Below the pieces are notes generated by a model. It did no database searches. It was not told the DNA's origin and saw only the letters and a program-made list of their open reading frames with translations. From the NCBI GenBank assembly GCA_016176605.1, contig JACOWW010000002.1, positions 41,432 through 105,431 of the forward strand: a stretch of 64,000 nt of DNA. Direction: 5' to 3'. This document shows, in pieces, positions 37,354 to 47,556 of the stretch. The position numbers and the translations under genes were made by a program. Position 1 is the first letter of the stretch; the number at the start of each line of letters is the position of its first letter. This stretch comes from Candidatus Saccharimonadota bacterium. GTDB lineage: Bacteria; Patescibacteriota; Saccharimonadia; Saccharimonadales; UBA10212.

Positions 37354-37932
37354 TTAGGGCTGGGCGGCGAATAGTCCGGTTAGAATTGTTTGGTCTAATA
37401 TGTGGCCCTGCATGGCGCTCTTAAGCTGGTCACGATTAGTATCACTTTTTAACCCCAAAGACTTATCTAGTGCATAAAGTTCAAAAATATAGTGGTGTGT
37501 ACCGGTACCGGCCGGCGGGCAGGGGCCCATATAACCAGCTCGGCCGGCGCTGTTGATGCCTTGGACAGTCCCGGCTGGCACGCTGTTGACGGCGATAGTT
37601 TCAGCAGAAGCAGAAATGTCCCACGCCGTCCAGTGGACAAAATCTCCACCAACAGCGTCAGGATCATGGATGATCAGCGCTAAACTTTTCGCACCATCCG
37701 GCACGTCCACAATATTAAGCGGCGGATTGACATTTTGGCCCTTACAGGTGTACTGGACAGGAATGGCTGCGCCGTCACGAAAAACCTGACTGAATAACTT
37801 TAAGCTAGATTTCGGATTGTTAGTTTGGGTTTCCATAGTTTTTGGTGCCTCCTTTTTAGCAAATAACAATACTGTGGCGGCCGCTACAACCAGCAAGCCG
37901 ATAATAATCAACCTAAGCGACTTTGGCCGCAT
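37354..37932 (-). CDS. YbhB/YbcL (PEBP) family protein
   Basis: DPDA..FVHW, YMGPCPP..HHYIFELYALD. Confidence 0.93.
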   Translation of the reverse strand: MRPKSLRLIIIGLLVVAAATVLLFAKKEAPKTMETQTNNPKSSLKLFSQVFRDGAAIPVQYTCKGQNVNPPLNIVDVPDGAKSLALIIHDPDAVGGDFVHWTAWDISASAETIAVNSVPAGTVQGINSAGRAGYMGPCPPAGTGTHHYIFELYALDKSLGLKSDTNRDQLKSAMQGHILDQTILTGLFAAQP

Positions 37933-37981
37933 AAATAAATAATACCTGTTATAGCCAATCTATGTCTGTAAAAAATTCAGG

Positions 37982-38638
37982 TTATTTTTTCTTCTTTTTA
38001 GTATAGATTATCAGCCGTCCTTTAATTTGCTCCAGTATCCCCCGTTTTTCCAACTGCTTGACAAGAGTGGTGGTAGTTTCGCGGGTGACACCGGACAAGT
38101 CGGCAATTTCTTGGTGCGACAATTTAATTTTTAGGCGGTAAGCATTGGGACGGATGCGCTCGCCGAACTTAGAAATGAAGTAAGGCAGCAGCATAACTAC
38201 CTTATTGATGGCTTTTTTGCTCTTCATAACTTCTAGCTGCTTCATAATGGCTTCGTTGGTGGCCGATACATAAGCCAAATAAACTTTCATACTTTCAGTG
38301 CTGGCCTCAATAATTTCTTTAAAGGTGTCGCGAGACAGAACGCGCATCGTAACATCGGTAAGCGATTGGTAAAAATACTTAACCTTGTAGTTATGCCAAT
38401 CTAATGAGACGGAAAAAGCAATAGGAAAAATATCGCCGGGGCCTAAGAGAAAAATAGTCCGGGTGTCGCCACTGTCTAGTATAGTGTAAGCCTTCACATA
38501 CCCTTCCTTTATGAGGTAAAAATGCGTAAGTTCATCGCCCTCGTAATAAATTAGCTGATTTTTTGGGTATTTCTTGGTGCTAGCTTTAGCAAAGAGCTTT
38601 TCAATCCTTGCCTGATACGTTGATATCTGCTCTGCCAT
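37982..38638 (-). CDS. Crp/Fnr-family transcriptional regulator
   Basis: cNMP-binding fold plus LSHQEIADLSGVTRET HTH. Confidence 0.92.
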   Translation of the reverse strand: MAEQISTYQARIEKLFAKASTKKYPKNQLIYYEGDELTHFYLIKEGYVKAYTILDSGDTRTIFLLGPGDIFPIAFSVSLDWHNYKVKYFYQSLTDVTMRVLSRDTFKEIIEASTESMKVYLAYVSATNEAIMKQLEVMKSKKAINKVVMLLPYFISKFGERIRPNAYRLKIKLSHQEIADLSGVTRETTTTLVKQLEKRGILEQIKGRLIIYTKKKKK

Positions 38639-38775
38639 ATCTTTAGTATTTCATATCCACAGCCCAAACCCAAGCTCTGCCTCCGGGGCGTCTAAGTGTC
38701 GACGGGCTGTGGATATGTATTGATAATTTGCGGAGTGAGGCATATCATGAAGTCATTACTAATTAAGGAGGATCT

Positions 38776-39084
38776 ATGGATCTTGCTAAGGTCAATAGGC
38801 AAATGGTGGAGCAGCTTGTCAGCCTTTTTGTAGTGCTGGCGGAAGCTTTACTAATAGTGCGGGTTGTGCTTCGGTTCTTCAATGGCAATCCGGACGCGAC
38901 GTTCGTGCACTGGGTTTACACCAATACGCAAGTATTGCTTGAGCCGCTGCGCAACGTCTTTACTTCGGTAGACGTGGTTAGCCGTGGCTGGGTGGTAGAC
39001 TATGTCGCCTTGGCTGCGATGGCTTTCTGGGTCGTCGTCGGCTACCTGGTAGTTGGCTTAGCTAGCCGCTGGGTGCGTAAATAG
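38776..39084 (+). CDS. YggT-family membrane protein
   Basis: LLIVRVVLRFF..FVHWVYTNTQVLLEPLR; AAGGAGG SD. Confidence 0.8.
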   Translation: MDLAKVNRQMVEQLVSLFVVLAEALLIVRVVLRFFNGNPDATFVHWVYTNTQVLLEPLRNVFTSVDVVSRGWVVDYVALAAMAFWVVVGYLVVGLASRWVRK

Positions 39085-39118
39085 CCCGATAGTAATAAAT
39101 TAAAACGAAAACAGATTT

Positions 39119-39153
39119 ATCCAGCTCCAGTTTTTAACTGGGGCTGGATTTTT
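39119..39153 (+). terminator. intrinsic terminator
   Basis: ATCCAGCTCCAGTT..AACTGGGGCTGGAT followed by a T-tract. Confidence 0.75.
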
Positions 39154-39167
39154 GTTAGACTAAGCAT

Positions 39168-39263
39168 ATGCAGAATCCGTTTCAAAGCACCGGCATTCTA
39201 ATCCTGGTTATAGCGGCCGCTTTAGCCTTGGTATCCTTGCTGGCTGTCATTCTCGCCCAGTAG
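39168..39263 (+). CDS. 31-aa single-TM small protein
   Basis: MQNPFQSTGILILVIAAALALVSLLAVILAQ; TAGACT -10 box 6 nt upstream. Confidence 0.5.
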   Translation: MQNPFQSTGILILVIAAALALVSLLAVILAQ

Positions 39264-39389
39264 TGAGCTTTCGAGATTATTCGTATACAATGAATATTTA
39301 GTTCGCCGGCAGCGGACTGACTCGAAAGTCTACTACTGGGCTCACTGGCTAGTCTGCCTGCCGGCAGGCAGGCCTGCTAAAATAGGGTG

Positions 39390-39548
39390 ATGGCATATCA
39401 TAGATGGCGCAGTCCACCTTACGAACCTGGGCAAAAAACACCTTATAAGCGGCTTCGCCTTATAAGACACCCCTTTGGGGTTTCTCATCGCGCCGGGCGC
39501 GGAATAAATCCGACGCTCGGGTTGCTCTTCCCGAGGAGCTGCTTGTGA
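39390..39548 (+). pseudogene. truncated alternative 5' end of the nuclease gene fused to a family B element
   Basis: MAYHRWRSPPYEPGQKTPYK versus RKFRTAPYQPGQRVPYK; TGA overlaps GTG 39545. Confidence 0.7.
39449..39529 (+). repeat. family B structured element (short form)
   Basis: Homologous to 36657-36735 with compensatory stem changes. Confidence 0.85.
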
Positions 39549-40336
39549 ATGAGTGGAGAAAATTTAGAACGGCGCCGTACCAACCAGGACAAAGAGTACC
39601 GTACAAGGTTAGTCGGAGCAAAATTGACCTATTTGTGCAGTGCCCACGCTGTTTTTGGCTGGACACAAGGCTTAAAATCAGCAGGCCCAAAGGCCCGCCT
39701 TTTACGCTAAATTCAGCTGTCGATCAGTTGTTAAAACAGGAATTTGATGCACTGCGTAAAACCGGCAAACAACACCACCTACAGGTTGAGTATGACATTG
39801 ACGCTAAACCGGTTGATCATGACAAACTAAATGTTTGGCGGCATAACTTTACAGGGGTTCAGTATCTGCATGAACCGACAAGTCTGCTGGTTTTTGGTGC
39901 TATCGACGATTTGTGGCAAAACTCCAAAGGCGAATACATAGTTTTGGATTATAAGTCTACCTCTAAAGTCGAAAAGATCGATAAGCTCGGCAATGAAAAA
40001 TGGCATGACCAATATCGGCGCCAACTGGCGGTCTATCAATGGCTGCTTAGGCAAAACGGCCTAAAAGTTTCTAATACTGGTTATTGGGTTTATTGCAATG
40101 CCATCAAAAATAACAAAATATTTGATAAAAAACTGGAGTTCGAGCTTACCCTAATTGCTGAGAAAATTGATGACAAATGGGTAGAGCCAACGATTAAAAA
40201 AATCAAAAGCTGCCTGGAAGACGACATCCCCAAAGAGGCCGCCGACTGTGAACACTGCGCTTACGCCAAATCGCGCACTAAACTTACTCTGGAAGCTCTG
40301 CAATCAAAGCCGAAGAAATTATATATCGACACCTAG
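39545..40336 (+). CDS. PD-(D/E)XK nuclease family protein (Cys cluster, AddB/Cas4-like)
   Basis: CPRCFW, GAIDD, VLDYKST, QLAVYQW, CEHC. Confidence 0.88.
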   Translation: MNEWRKFRTAPYQPGQRVPYKVSRSKIDLFVQCPRCFWLDTRLKISRPKGPPFTLNSAVDQLLKQEFDALRKTGKQHHLQVEYDIDAKPVDHDKLNVWRHNFTGVQYLHEPTSLLVFGAIDDLWQNSKGEYIVLDYKSTSKVEKIDKLGNEKWHDQYRRQLAVYQWLLRQNGLKVSNTGYWVYCNAIKNNKIFDKKLEFELTLIAEKIDDKWVEPTIKKIKSCLEDDIPKEAADCEHCAYAKSRTKLTLEALQSKPKKLYIDT

Positions 40337-41182
40337 ATAACTAAATCTCTCTGTAACTAAATCAATTTCCTCTTTTGTCGGTTCAAATGCTTCGAGCGTG
40401 GTTAGTGCACCTATTTTTACAGCATTTTTAAGAACCCTTTGTCTTTTTTCTAATCGCCTTATTGTTTTTGAAGGTCTTATTTCTTCTATTTCTACATCAG
40501 ATTTAAGTACAGATCTTGGGTATTTGAGTTTTTTATCGTTACCTCTGAAGATAATAACGTGAGTTGGATTTTGGGCTGCGACAACCTCAAGGCCATTACT
40601 CATGTGATCCCAATAGGGATGCCCGTTATGGACATGAGGTCTCCAGCCGGCAATTCGGGGCATCCAGGCAGCAGCCTTCAGCGATCCAAATACATCTTCC
40701 CTGGAATTGAAATCACTAAAAATTACCGATTCTTTCGTGACTGCCGATCTCGCAATGACATTGACAGGTATTTCCGAATCCCGCACACCTTCCCATTCTA
40801 TACATGGATCACCGGCTAGGATTTCATCTACGAGGTAATTAATATCAGCAATATTACCTCGAAGAACTCGTCTTAGATTAATAAATTTTGGAGATGGCAC
40901 TTTTTCCAAGAAAACCTTCATCATATCATCGGCTTGTCCAGTAGCTACACACATGGCAATTATCCCCCCGCTGGAAGTACCAGATAGCCTATCGAAAGCT
41001 TTGTGCCGCTGTAGGAAGCAGGTAGTTGCTGCCTCAGCAGCAACTACGATACTACCCATTGCGCCACCTTCAAAGAGAGCAGACACGCTATAGTTGTCTG
41101 TTCTTTGTAGCGGTGAAGAGCCCTCATTAAAGCGTTGATTAATGATTGAAAGGGTTGGATTACTCTCCACATGTTCAGACAT
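40319..41182 (-). CDS. patatin-like phospholipase
   Basis: FEGGAMG, GTSSG nucleophile elbow; AT-rich. Confidence 0.75.
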   Translation of the reverse strand: MSEHVESNPTLSIINQRFNEGSSPLQRTDNYSVSALFEGGAMGSIVVAAEAATTCFLQRHKAFDRLSGTSSGGIIAMCVATGQADDMMKVFLEKVPSPKFINLRRVLRGNIADINYLVDEILAGDPCIEWEGVRDSEIPVNVIARSAVTKESVIFSDFNSREDVFGSLKAAAWMPRIAGWRPHVHNGHPYWDHMSNGLEVVAAQNPTHVIIFRGNDKKLKYPRSVLKSDVEIEEIRPSKTIRRLEKRQRVLKNAVKIGALTTLEAFEPTKEEIDLVTERFSYLGVDI

Positions 41183-41269
41183 ACTTTTTATATAATATAA
41201 AGATAGTTTATCCTCTCGCCAACTACCACAACTTTATCTTTTAGAGCCCTAGAGGATATAATTAGGTTT

Positions 41270-42562
41270 ATGTTAGATATCCGGTTTATTCGGGAAAATG
41301 CCGAGCTGGTGGCCGAAAAAGCCAAACAAAAGGGTTTTGATGTTAATATCTCGAAATTGCTCGAAGTTGATAAAAAGTGGAAATCGATTCTTGAAGATCT
41401 CGAAGCTGCGAGGAGTTTTAGGAATGAATTTGCCAAACAAAAGGGTAAAACTGATGTTGAGCTTCGCGCTGAGGCAAAAAAACTTCGAGGAAAAATCAAA
41501 GGCCTCGAGGCTAGATTGAAGTCAGTTGAGGAAGAACGTTTTAAGCTGCTTAAGGCCGTGCCGAACATGCCGGCTGATGATGTGCCGATTGGCACAACCG
41601 AAGCTGACAGTGTAGTCACTAAAGAATGGGGCGAGAAATCACGCTTTGATTTTGAGCCAAAAAATCACTGGGAAATTGCAGAGACACGCGGCCTGATTGA
41701 CAAAGAGCGAGCCGCCAAAGTCGCCGGCAGCCGCTTCGCTTACGTCATGGGTGATTTGGTAAAGCTGCAATTCGCGCTTATTCAGTTTGCACTTGAAGTT
41801 TTAACAAACGAAGAAACGCTTAAAAAAATTATTCAGGAATTTGAGATTAAAAATGTTTCATCGAAACCTTTTGTGCCCGTGCTACCGCCAGCTATGGCCA
41901 GAACTGATGTTTACGAAGCTACCGGAAGGCTAAATAGGGAAGAGCAAACTTATAAAATCGAAGATGGTGACCTGTGGCTTAACGCTAGTGCTGAACATAC
42001 TTTGGCGCCAATGTTTATGCGGGAAATTTTAAATGAAAAAGACATGCCGCTACGTTATGTTGGCTATACGACAGCCTTTCGACGTGAAGCTGGGACTTAC
42101 GGCAAAGACATGGAGGGTGTTTTGCGTCTTCACCAGTTCGACAAACTAGAAATGGAAAGTTTCACACTGCCAGAAGACGGTATGAACGAGCACCTTTTTA
42201 TGATTGCCATCCAGGAATATCTGATGCAACAACTCAAACTGCCGTATCATGTACTCAATAAGTGCACAGCTGATATTGGATTTCCTAATGCGCGCGGAGT
42301 GGATATTGAGGTATGGCTGCCCGGCCAAAATAAATACCGCGAGACACATACCGCCGATTTTATCAGTGATTTCCAGGCCGAAGGCACTCAAACGCGCGTC
42401 AAGACAACCAATGGCATTGTATATGTATACAATAATGATGCAACTGCTTTCGCAATGGGCCGCACCTTAATTGCGATTATTGAAAATTACCAGACGGCTG
42501 GCGGTAAAGTTGGTATCCCGACAGTTCTTAGGCCCTATATGGGAGGCCAACTTGCCATTTAA
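41270..42562 (+). CDS. serS: serine--tRNA ligase
   Basis: MLDIRFIREN, FRREAG, RLHQFDKLE, IIENYQ. Confidence 0.97.
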   Translation: MLDIRFIRENAELVAEKAKQKGFDVNISKLLEVDKKWKSILEDLEAARSFRNEFAKQKGKTDVELRAEAKKLRGKIKGLEARLKSVEEERFKLLKAVPNMPADDVPIGTTEADSVVTKEWGEKSRFDFEPKNHWEIAETRGLIDKERAAKVAGSRFAYVMGDLVKLQFALIQFALEVLTNEETLKKIIQEFEIKNVSSKPFVPVLPPAMARTDVYEATGRLNREEQTYKIEDGDLWLNASAEHTLAPMFMREILNEKDMPLRYVGYTTAFRREAGTYGKDMEGVLRLHQFDKLEMESFTLPEDGMNEHLFMIAIQEYLMQQLKLPYHVLNKCTADIGFPNARGVDIEVWLPGQNKYRETHTADFISDFQAEGTQTRVKTTNGIVYVYNNDATAFAMGRTLIAIIENYQTAGGKVGIPTVLRPYMGGQLAI

Positions 42563-42743
42563 ATTACCTGCTAAGTTAAGTAATTTTTTACGGAGTTAAG
42601 TATTTTCGGCTCTTGGGGTGATAATTTGAACATCAGGTTAGATTTTGATACAAAATTGCGCTAAAATAATAAGCTAGCAGATAGCACATAGTTCAGAAAT
42701 TTTTAGCTAATGGCTAACGGCTACTAATTGGAGGTTTATTTTT

Positions 42744-45368
42744 TTGTTCAAATTTAAACTAAGCACTAAGCCGCTGAAGCGTGTCCTGGGCGATCCCCAG
42801 GCATCAACTATCAAACGCCTAAAAAAGCGCGTTAAAGAAGTTAACGCGCTAGCCGATAAGTATAAAAAAATGACCGACGCCAAGCTCAAGGGCCAAACAG
42901 CGGAGTTTAAGAAAAGGCTGGAAAAAGGCGCAACCCTCGACAAAATTTTGCCAGAGGCATATGCAGCAGTGCGCGAAGCGGCCACCCGTACGCTTAAACA
43001 GCGCCACTTCGATGTCCAGCTAATTGGCGGCATGGTTTTGCACGAGGGCGGCGTGTCCGAAATGAAGACTGGCGAAGGCAAAACCCTGGTTGCCACCCTG
43101 CCCATTTATTTAAATGCTTTAGAGGGCCAGGGCGCCCATGTGGTAACGGTCAACGATTATTTGGCTCAGCGCGACGCCGGCTGGATGGGCCAGATTTATC
43201 ATTTTTTGGGTCTCAGCGTCGGTGTTATTATCCCCGACGAATCCTATGTTTATGACCCGAGTTATGAAAATAAAGAACACTTTGACGAACGTTTTCGTCA
43301 CTTACGTCCAGCCACCCGCCAGGAAGCTTACCAAGCTGACGTGACGTATGGGACAAACAACGAATTTGGCTTTGACTACCTGCGCGATAACATGGTGCGC
43401 GAAACCGACCAGCTGCGCCAGCGTGAGCTACACTACGGTATCGTCGACGAAGTTGACTCTATACTAATTGACGAAGCCCGTACGCCGCTGATTATCAGCG
43501 CGCCGTCGGCCGCCAGTGGCGCTGCTTATGACCAGTTCGCCCGCGTGGTGCGTCAGCTTAAAGAAACCGAGCACTTTGAAAAGGACGAAAAACGCCGCAG
43601 TGTAGTTTTGACCGACGCCGGCGTGGAATTTGTTGAAAAAATCTTGGGCATCCAAGGTCTGTATTCAACCGAAAACCTGCGTACCATCTACCATCTTGAA
43701 CAAGCCCTAAAGGCCCAGGCACTTTTCCACCGCGACAAAGATTACGTCGTCACCCGCGAGGGCGAAATCGTCATCGTCGATGACTTTACCGGCCGGCTGT
43801 TGCGTGGTCGCCGTTATAACGAGGGCCTGCACCAGGCCATTGAAGCCAAAGAAGGGGTTGAAGTCCAAGAAGAGAGCATGACTCTGGCCACCATATCCTT
43901 CCAAAACTACTTCCGTTTGTATAAAAAACTAGCCGGAATGACCGGTACAGCCATGACCGAAAGCGAGGAATTTCACCAGATTTATAAACTTAACGTGGTA
44001 GAAATCCCGACCAACCGGCCGATGGTGCGCGAAGACCTGCCCGACCGTATTTATAAATCCGAAGCCGGCAAGATGCGGGCCATCACCCGTGAAGTCGCTG
44101 CTTTGCAAAAGCGCGGCCAGCCAATTTTGATTGGCACCGTTAGCGTCGAAAAGAACGAACTTTTAAGCTCACTGCTTAAAAAGAGTAAAATTCCGCACGA
44201 AGTCTTAAATGCCAAGAATAACGAGCGCGAAGCGGCGATAGTCGCCAAAGCCGGCCAAAAGGGCGCCGTTACGCTGGCCACTAACATCGCCGGCCGCGGT
44301 ACTGATATTGTGCTGGGCCAAGGAGTGGTTAAGCTTGGCGGCCTGTTCGTCCTTGGCAGTGAACGCCATGAATCGCGCCGCATTGATAACCAATTGCGCG
44401 GCCGCACCGGCCGCCAGGGCGATCCGGGCATGACCCAGTTTTATGTATCCTGCCAAGACGATCTAATGCGTATTTACGGCGGCGAGCGCATTGCTTCAAT
44501 CATGGACCGGCTCAAGGTTGATGAAGACACACCTATCGAAAGCCGCATGATTAGCAAAAGCTTGGAAGGCGCCCAGAAAAAAGTCGAAGGCTTTAACTTT
44601 GACGCCCGCAAAAACGTCGTCCAGTACGACGACGTCATGAACCGGCACCGCCGGGCGACCTACGCCTTGCGGCGCGAAGTCTTGCGGGCGCAGGACATCA
44701 GCGTCCGGATTAAGAAATTCATTTCCGAAGAAGCCGGATTCTTGGCCAACCATCCAGACTCACTAAGCGAACATTTCGAAGCTATCCTGACCGAAACATT
44801 TCCGCTTGACGAGAAAACACTCGATAAACTTTTTGACACCGATGCCAGCCAGTTCGAAGCCGCGCTGGACCAAGCCGCCAGCAAGCTTTATAAAAAACAA
44901 GAAAGAGTTTTTGGCGCGGAAATCATGCGCAAAGTCGAGCGCGACGTATATCTGCAGATTCTTGATAATCTTTGGATGCAGCACCTGGAAAATATGGACC
45001 ATCTGCGCGAAGGGATCCATTGGATGAGTGTCGGCCAGCGCGACCCGTTGGTGGAATATCGCCGCCAAGGCGGCCTGTTGTTTGACGAAATGCAGACAGA
45101 CTTGCGCCACGAAATCGTCAGGGCAATTATGCACGCCCAGCCGCTGGAGTCCCAACTAGAGGAAACTGTCGAAACCGACCTGACGCGGGCGGCCGGCCGC
45201 TCCGTCGACAATGCTACACAAATCAGCCACGCCGAAACTTTTGAGGAATCGGACTTTTCTGCGTCAAAGGACGAAAAGGTGGCTCAGGCCCGTTTGCATA
45301 ACCAGCGCAAAAAAGCCCGCAAGGCCGAGCGCCAGCGCAAAAAAACGGCTAAACGCCGTAGAAAATAG
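42744..45368 (+). CDS. secA: preprotein translocase ATPase SecA
   Basis: EMKTGEGKT, VDEVDSILIDEARTPL, RRIDNQLRGR. Confidence 0.97.
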   Translation: MFKFKLSTKPLKRVLGDPQASTIKRLKKRVKEVNALADKYKKMTDAKLKGQTAEFKKRLEKGATLDKILPEAYAAVREAATRTLKQRHFDVQLIGGMVLHEGGVSEMKTGEGKTLVATLPIYLNALEGQGAHVVTVNDYLAQRDAGWMGQIYHFLGLSVGVIIPDESYVYDPSYENKEHFDERFRHLRPATRQEAYQADVTYGTNNEFGFDYLRDNMVRETDQLRQRELHYGIVDEVDSILIDEARTPLIISAPSAASGAAYDQFARVVRQLKETEHFEKDEKRRSVVLTDAGVEFVEKILGIQGLYSTENLRTIYHLEQALKAQALFHRDKDYVVTREGEIVIVDDFTGRLLRGRRYNEGLHQAIEAKEGVEVQEESMTLATISFQNYFRLYKKLAGMTGTAMTESEEFHQIYKLNVVEIPTNRPMVREDLPDRIYKSEAGKMRAITREVAALQKRGQPILIGTVSVEKNELLSSLLKKSKIPHEVLNAKNNEREAAIVAKAGQKGAVTLATNIAGRGTDIVLGQGVVKLGGLFVLGSERHESRRIDNQLRGRTGRQGDPGMTQFYVSCQDDLMRIYGGERIASIMDRLKVDEDTPIESRMISKSLEGAQKKVEGFNFDARKNVVQYDDVMNRHRRATYALRREVLRAQDISVRIKKFISEEAGFLANHPDSLSEHFEAILTETFPLDEKTLDKLFDTDASQFEAALDQAASKLYKKQERVFGAEIMRKVERDVYLQILDNLWMQHLENMDHLREGIHWMSVGQRDPLVEYRRQGGLLFDEMQTDLRHEIVRAIMHAQPLESQLEETVETDLTRAAGRSVDNATQISHAETFEESDFSASKDEKVAQARLHNQRKKARKAERQRKKTAKRRRK

Positions 45369-45465
45369 TAACTAGGAAATAGGAACTAGTATGAGCTATA
45401 ATCTAAATCTACCAAGTATCAATAAGCCAGCTAATTTCTATTTACTAATTTCTAATTACTATTTT
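45362..45465. repeat. 7-bp periodic inverted-arm spacer (TAG-rich)
   Basis: AAATAGN/AACTAGN units followed by CTAATTT/CTATTTA units. Confidence 0.7.
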
Positions 45466-45466
45466 T

Positions 45467-46750
45467 ATGAAGCATAGCGTCGCAGAGGTTCAGTTAAAAA
45501 ACGGTGCGCGAGGCCTGCTAATTGATGTTCCCGGCGCGTCAGTGACTAGCTATGAACTTAATTTTAGGGCTGGTGAGTTTTTGATGCCGCGCAGTAAATG
45601 GGAAACACCGCACATTTTGGAGCACATGGTTTCAGCCGGTGCCAACGAGCGATATCCCGACCGCAATCTTTTTAATGCCGAGATGAGTAAAAATGGTGCC
45701 TACATCAATGCCTACACCAGTTATTACTCGGTGGCCTATGTTGGCGAGGTTGCCGATTTTGAGTGGGAGCGCGTTATGCGGCTGCAGCAGCTATCGCTAG
45801 CCAAGCCGCTGTTTTTGCAGGCCGAATTTAATGCCGAGTTTGGCAATATACATGATGAATTAATCAGTTTATCTAATAACCATTTTCGGGCGCTGTCGGG
45901 CAAAATGAGCCAAGCCTTTGGCTTCAAAATTGCTACGGATTTTGAGCGTTCAAAACTTATGAACAATGTTGTTCGAGAAGATTTACTGAAACATTATAAG
46001 CGCACACATTTTACCCGCAACCTGCGCTTCATCATTGCCGGCAGTCTGCGCGGCCGCCGCACTTCAGTTAAACGTTTGCTGGAAGAACTCGATCTGCCAA
46101 CTGGCTCATCACGCTTAAGGCTGCCGAAAGAAAGTGCTAGCAAACCGAGAGGGCCGACATTTGTCGCCAACGAAACGGTGCCAAATATATATTTAACTAT
46201 CAGCACACATTTCAACGACATCATCGGCCAAAAAGATGATGACGCGCTGGGGCTAGCCCGCATCATGCTGACAGAGACGTTATATTCCAAGATATTTGGA
46301 CAGGCACGCGACAAAGGACTGGTTTACCACGTTAGCTCCGGGCACCATATTTCTTCAAAGGTGACAGAGTGGTGGCTAAGCGCCCAGGTACTGCCGGATA
46401 ATGCGCTGGCCCTAGCCGACATCGTACTGGCCGAGATTAAAAAAGTCCAAAACGCCGTTATGGATGAAGCCGAACTGGAAAACACCAAGCAATACGCACT
46501 GGGCTCCTTCCAGCGCTCGCTGCAGACCGTGCAAAATGTGTCTAATGCTTACTCGCGCTACTTTTTTGATGGCTATATTGAGGACATGCGCTTCATACCG
46601 GTACGAATCCGCGCCATCACCAAGCGTGACATTGCCCGCGCAATGCGCAAACTGTTTGCCGAAAATTTGGGCGGAGTAGGGGTGCTGGGCGGCACCGACC
46701 CCAAAATTGCCGAAAAACTAAACGAACATTTGCAGCCACTCTGGAAGTAG
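45467..46750 (+). CDS. M16 family zinc peptidase
   Basis: HILEHM (HxxEH), INAYTS. Confidence 0.9.
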   Translation: MKHSVAEVQLKNGARGLLIDVPGASVTSYELNFRAGEFLMPRSKWETPHILEHMVSAGANERYPDRNLFNAEMSKNGAYINAYTSYYSVAYVGEVADFEWERVMRLQQLSLAKPLFLQAEFNAEFGNIHDELISLSNNHFRALSGKMSQAFGFKIATDFERSKLMNNVVREDLLKHYKRTHFTRNLRFIIAGSLRGRRTSVKRLLEELDLPTGSSRLRLPKESASKPRGPTFVANETVPNIYLTISTHFNDIIGQKDDDALGLARIMLTETLYSKIFGQARDKGLVYHVSSGHHISSKVTEWWLSAQVLPDNALALADIVLAEIKKVQNAVMDEAELENTKQYALGSFQRSLQTVQNVSNAYSRYFFDGYIEDMRFIPVRIRAITKRDIARAMRKLFAENLGGVGVLGGTDPKIAEKLNEHLQPLWK

Positions 46751-47004
46751 CTCCCCCATCTTTTTCCAAACGCTCCGTTCACTTGATGCAGCTGTAGCTA
46801 AAACCAGTCTTTGACTTTGGAACTCCTCACAAACTTGCCACTGGCAACTGCTTCAGGCTCGCTGCGCACGTTTGTAAAAAGATGAGGGCTCGCTCCGGCT
46901 GCTTATTTAGCTCAATTTCAAAAAAAGAATAAAAGTACTTGTATTTTTGGAAGATATATGGTTTAATAACAAAAGTTCGTAAATAATTAAAGGATTTTAG
47001 AAAT

Positions 47005-47535
47005 ATGGATCCCAACAAACCTGTCGAAGGCCTATTCTCTCCGGAACAGCGTCAGCAGGTGGAGGCCGTGATTACGGCTCTAGCTGAAAAATTTGAGCGC
47101 CCGGCAGAAGACTTTAGTGTGGTATTAGTCGAGTCTGTAGAGGGTGAGCCACGAGCAGTTGTTATGCTGACGGCCGGTAACGGCATTTATAAAGGTAGCT
47201 ACAACGCCGTTATGGCTAATAAAAACAGCGATGACTTCATGTTAGAAATTGATGGCCGCCAGGTTGATACCCGCACGGCTATGACTTGGGATGTCTATCA
47301 GGCTTTTATCAACGGCGAAAAGGTCCGCGGCACCAATCCGCTACCGGACAGCCCACAATTAGCTGACCAAAACAATCAGCCCTGGACTGAAACTTGGTTA
47401 ACCGGCGAACCGGCGGACGACTTCAATGCCTATTCCGGCCTCGTTAATCTGGACGGCTACCCGAATTACGTTTGGGGCCCTCGTGACTATGCCGACGACG
47501 CTCTGCGTTTTCGTCCCGCAGTGGTGTTGGAATAA
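47005..47535 (+). CDS. probable DGR target protein with C-terminal variable region
   Basis: Ends WLTGEP..RDYADDALRFRPAVV; 26 of 29 codons at 47416-47502 end in C or T; RT fragment immediately downstream. Confidence 0.65.
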   Translation: MDPNKPVEGLFSPEQRQQVEAVITALAEKFERPAEDFSVVLVESVEGEPRAVVMLTAGNGIYKGSYNAVMANKNSDDFMLEIDGRQVDTRTAMTWDVYQAFINGEKVRGTNPLPDSPQLADQNNQPWTETWLTGEPADDFNAYSGLVNLDGYPNYVWGPRDYADDALRFRPAVVLE

Positions 47536-47556
47536 AACTGAGTCTTTAATTTCTAA

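Noticed and set aside
39290-39350. Possible gene remnant MNI*FAGSG
   Set aside because: Too short to support a call
39545-40336. cas4 of a CRISPR system
   Set aside because: Stand-alone PD-(D/E)XK nuclease with no array or other cas genes
46751-46890. Template repeat for the DGR target
   Set aside because: A long hairpin with no similarity to the variable region and no AAY-rich frame
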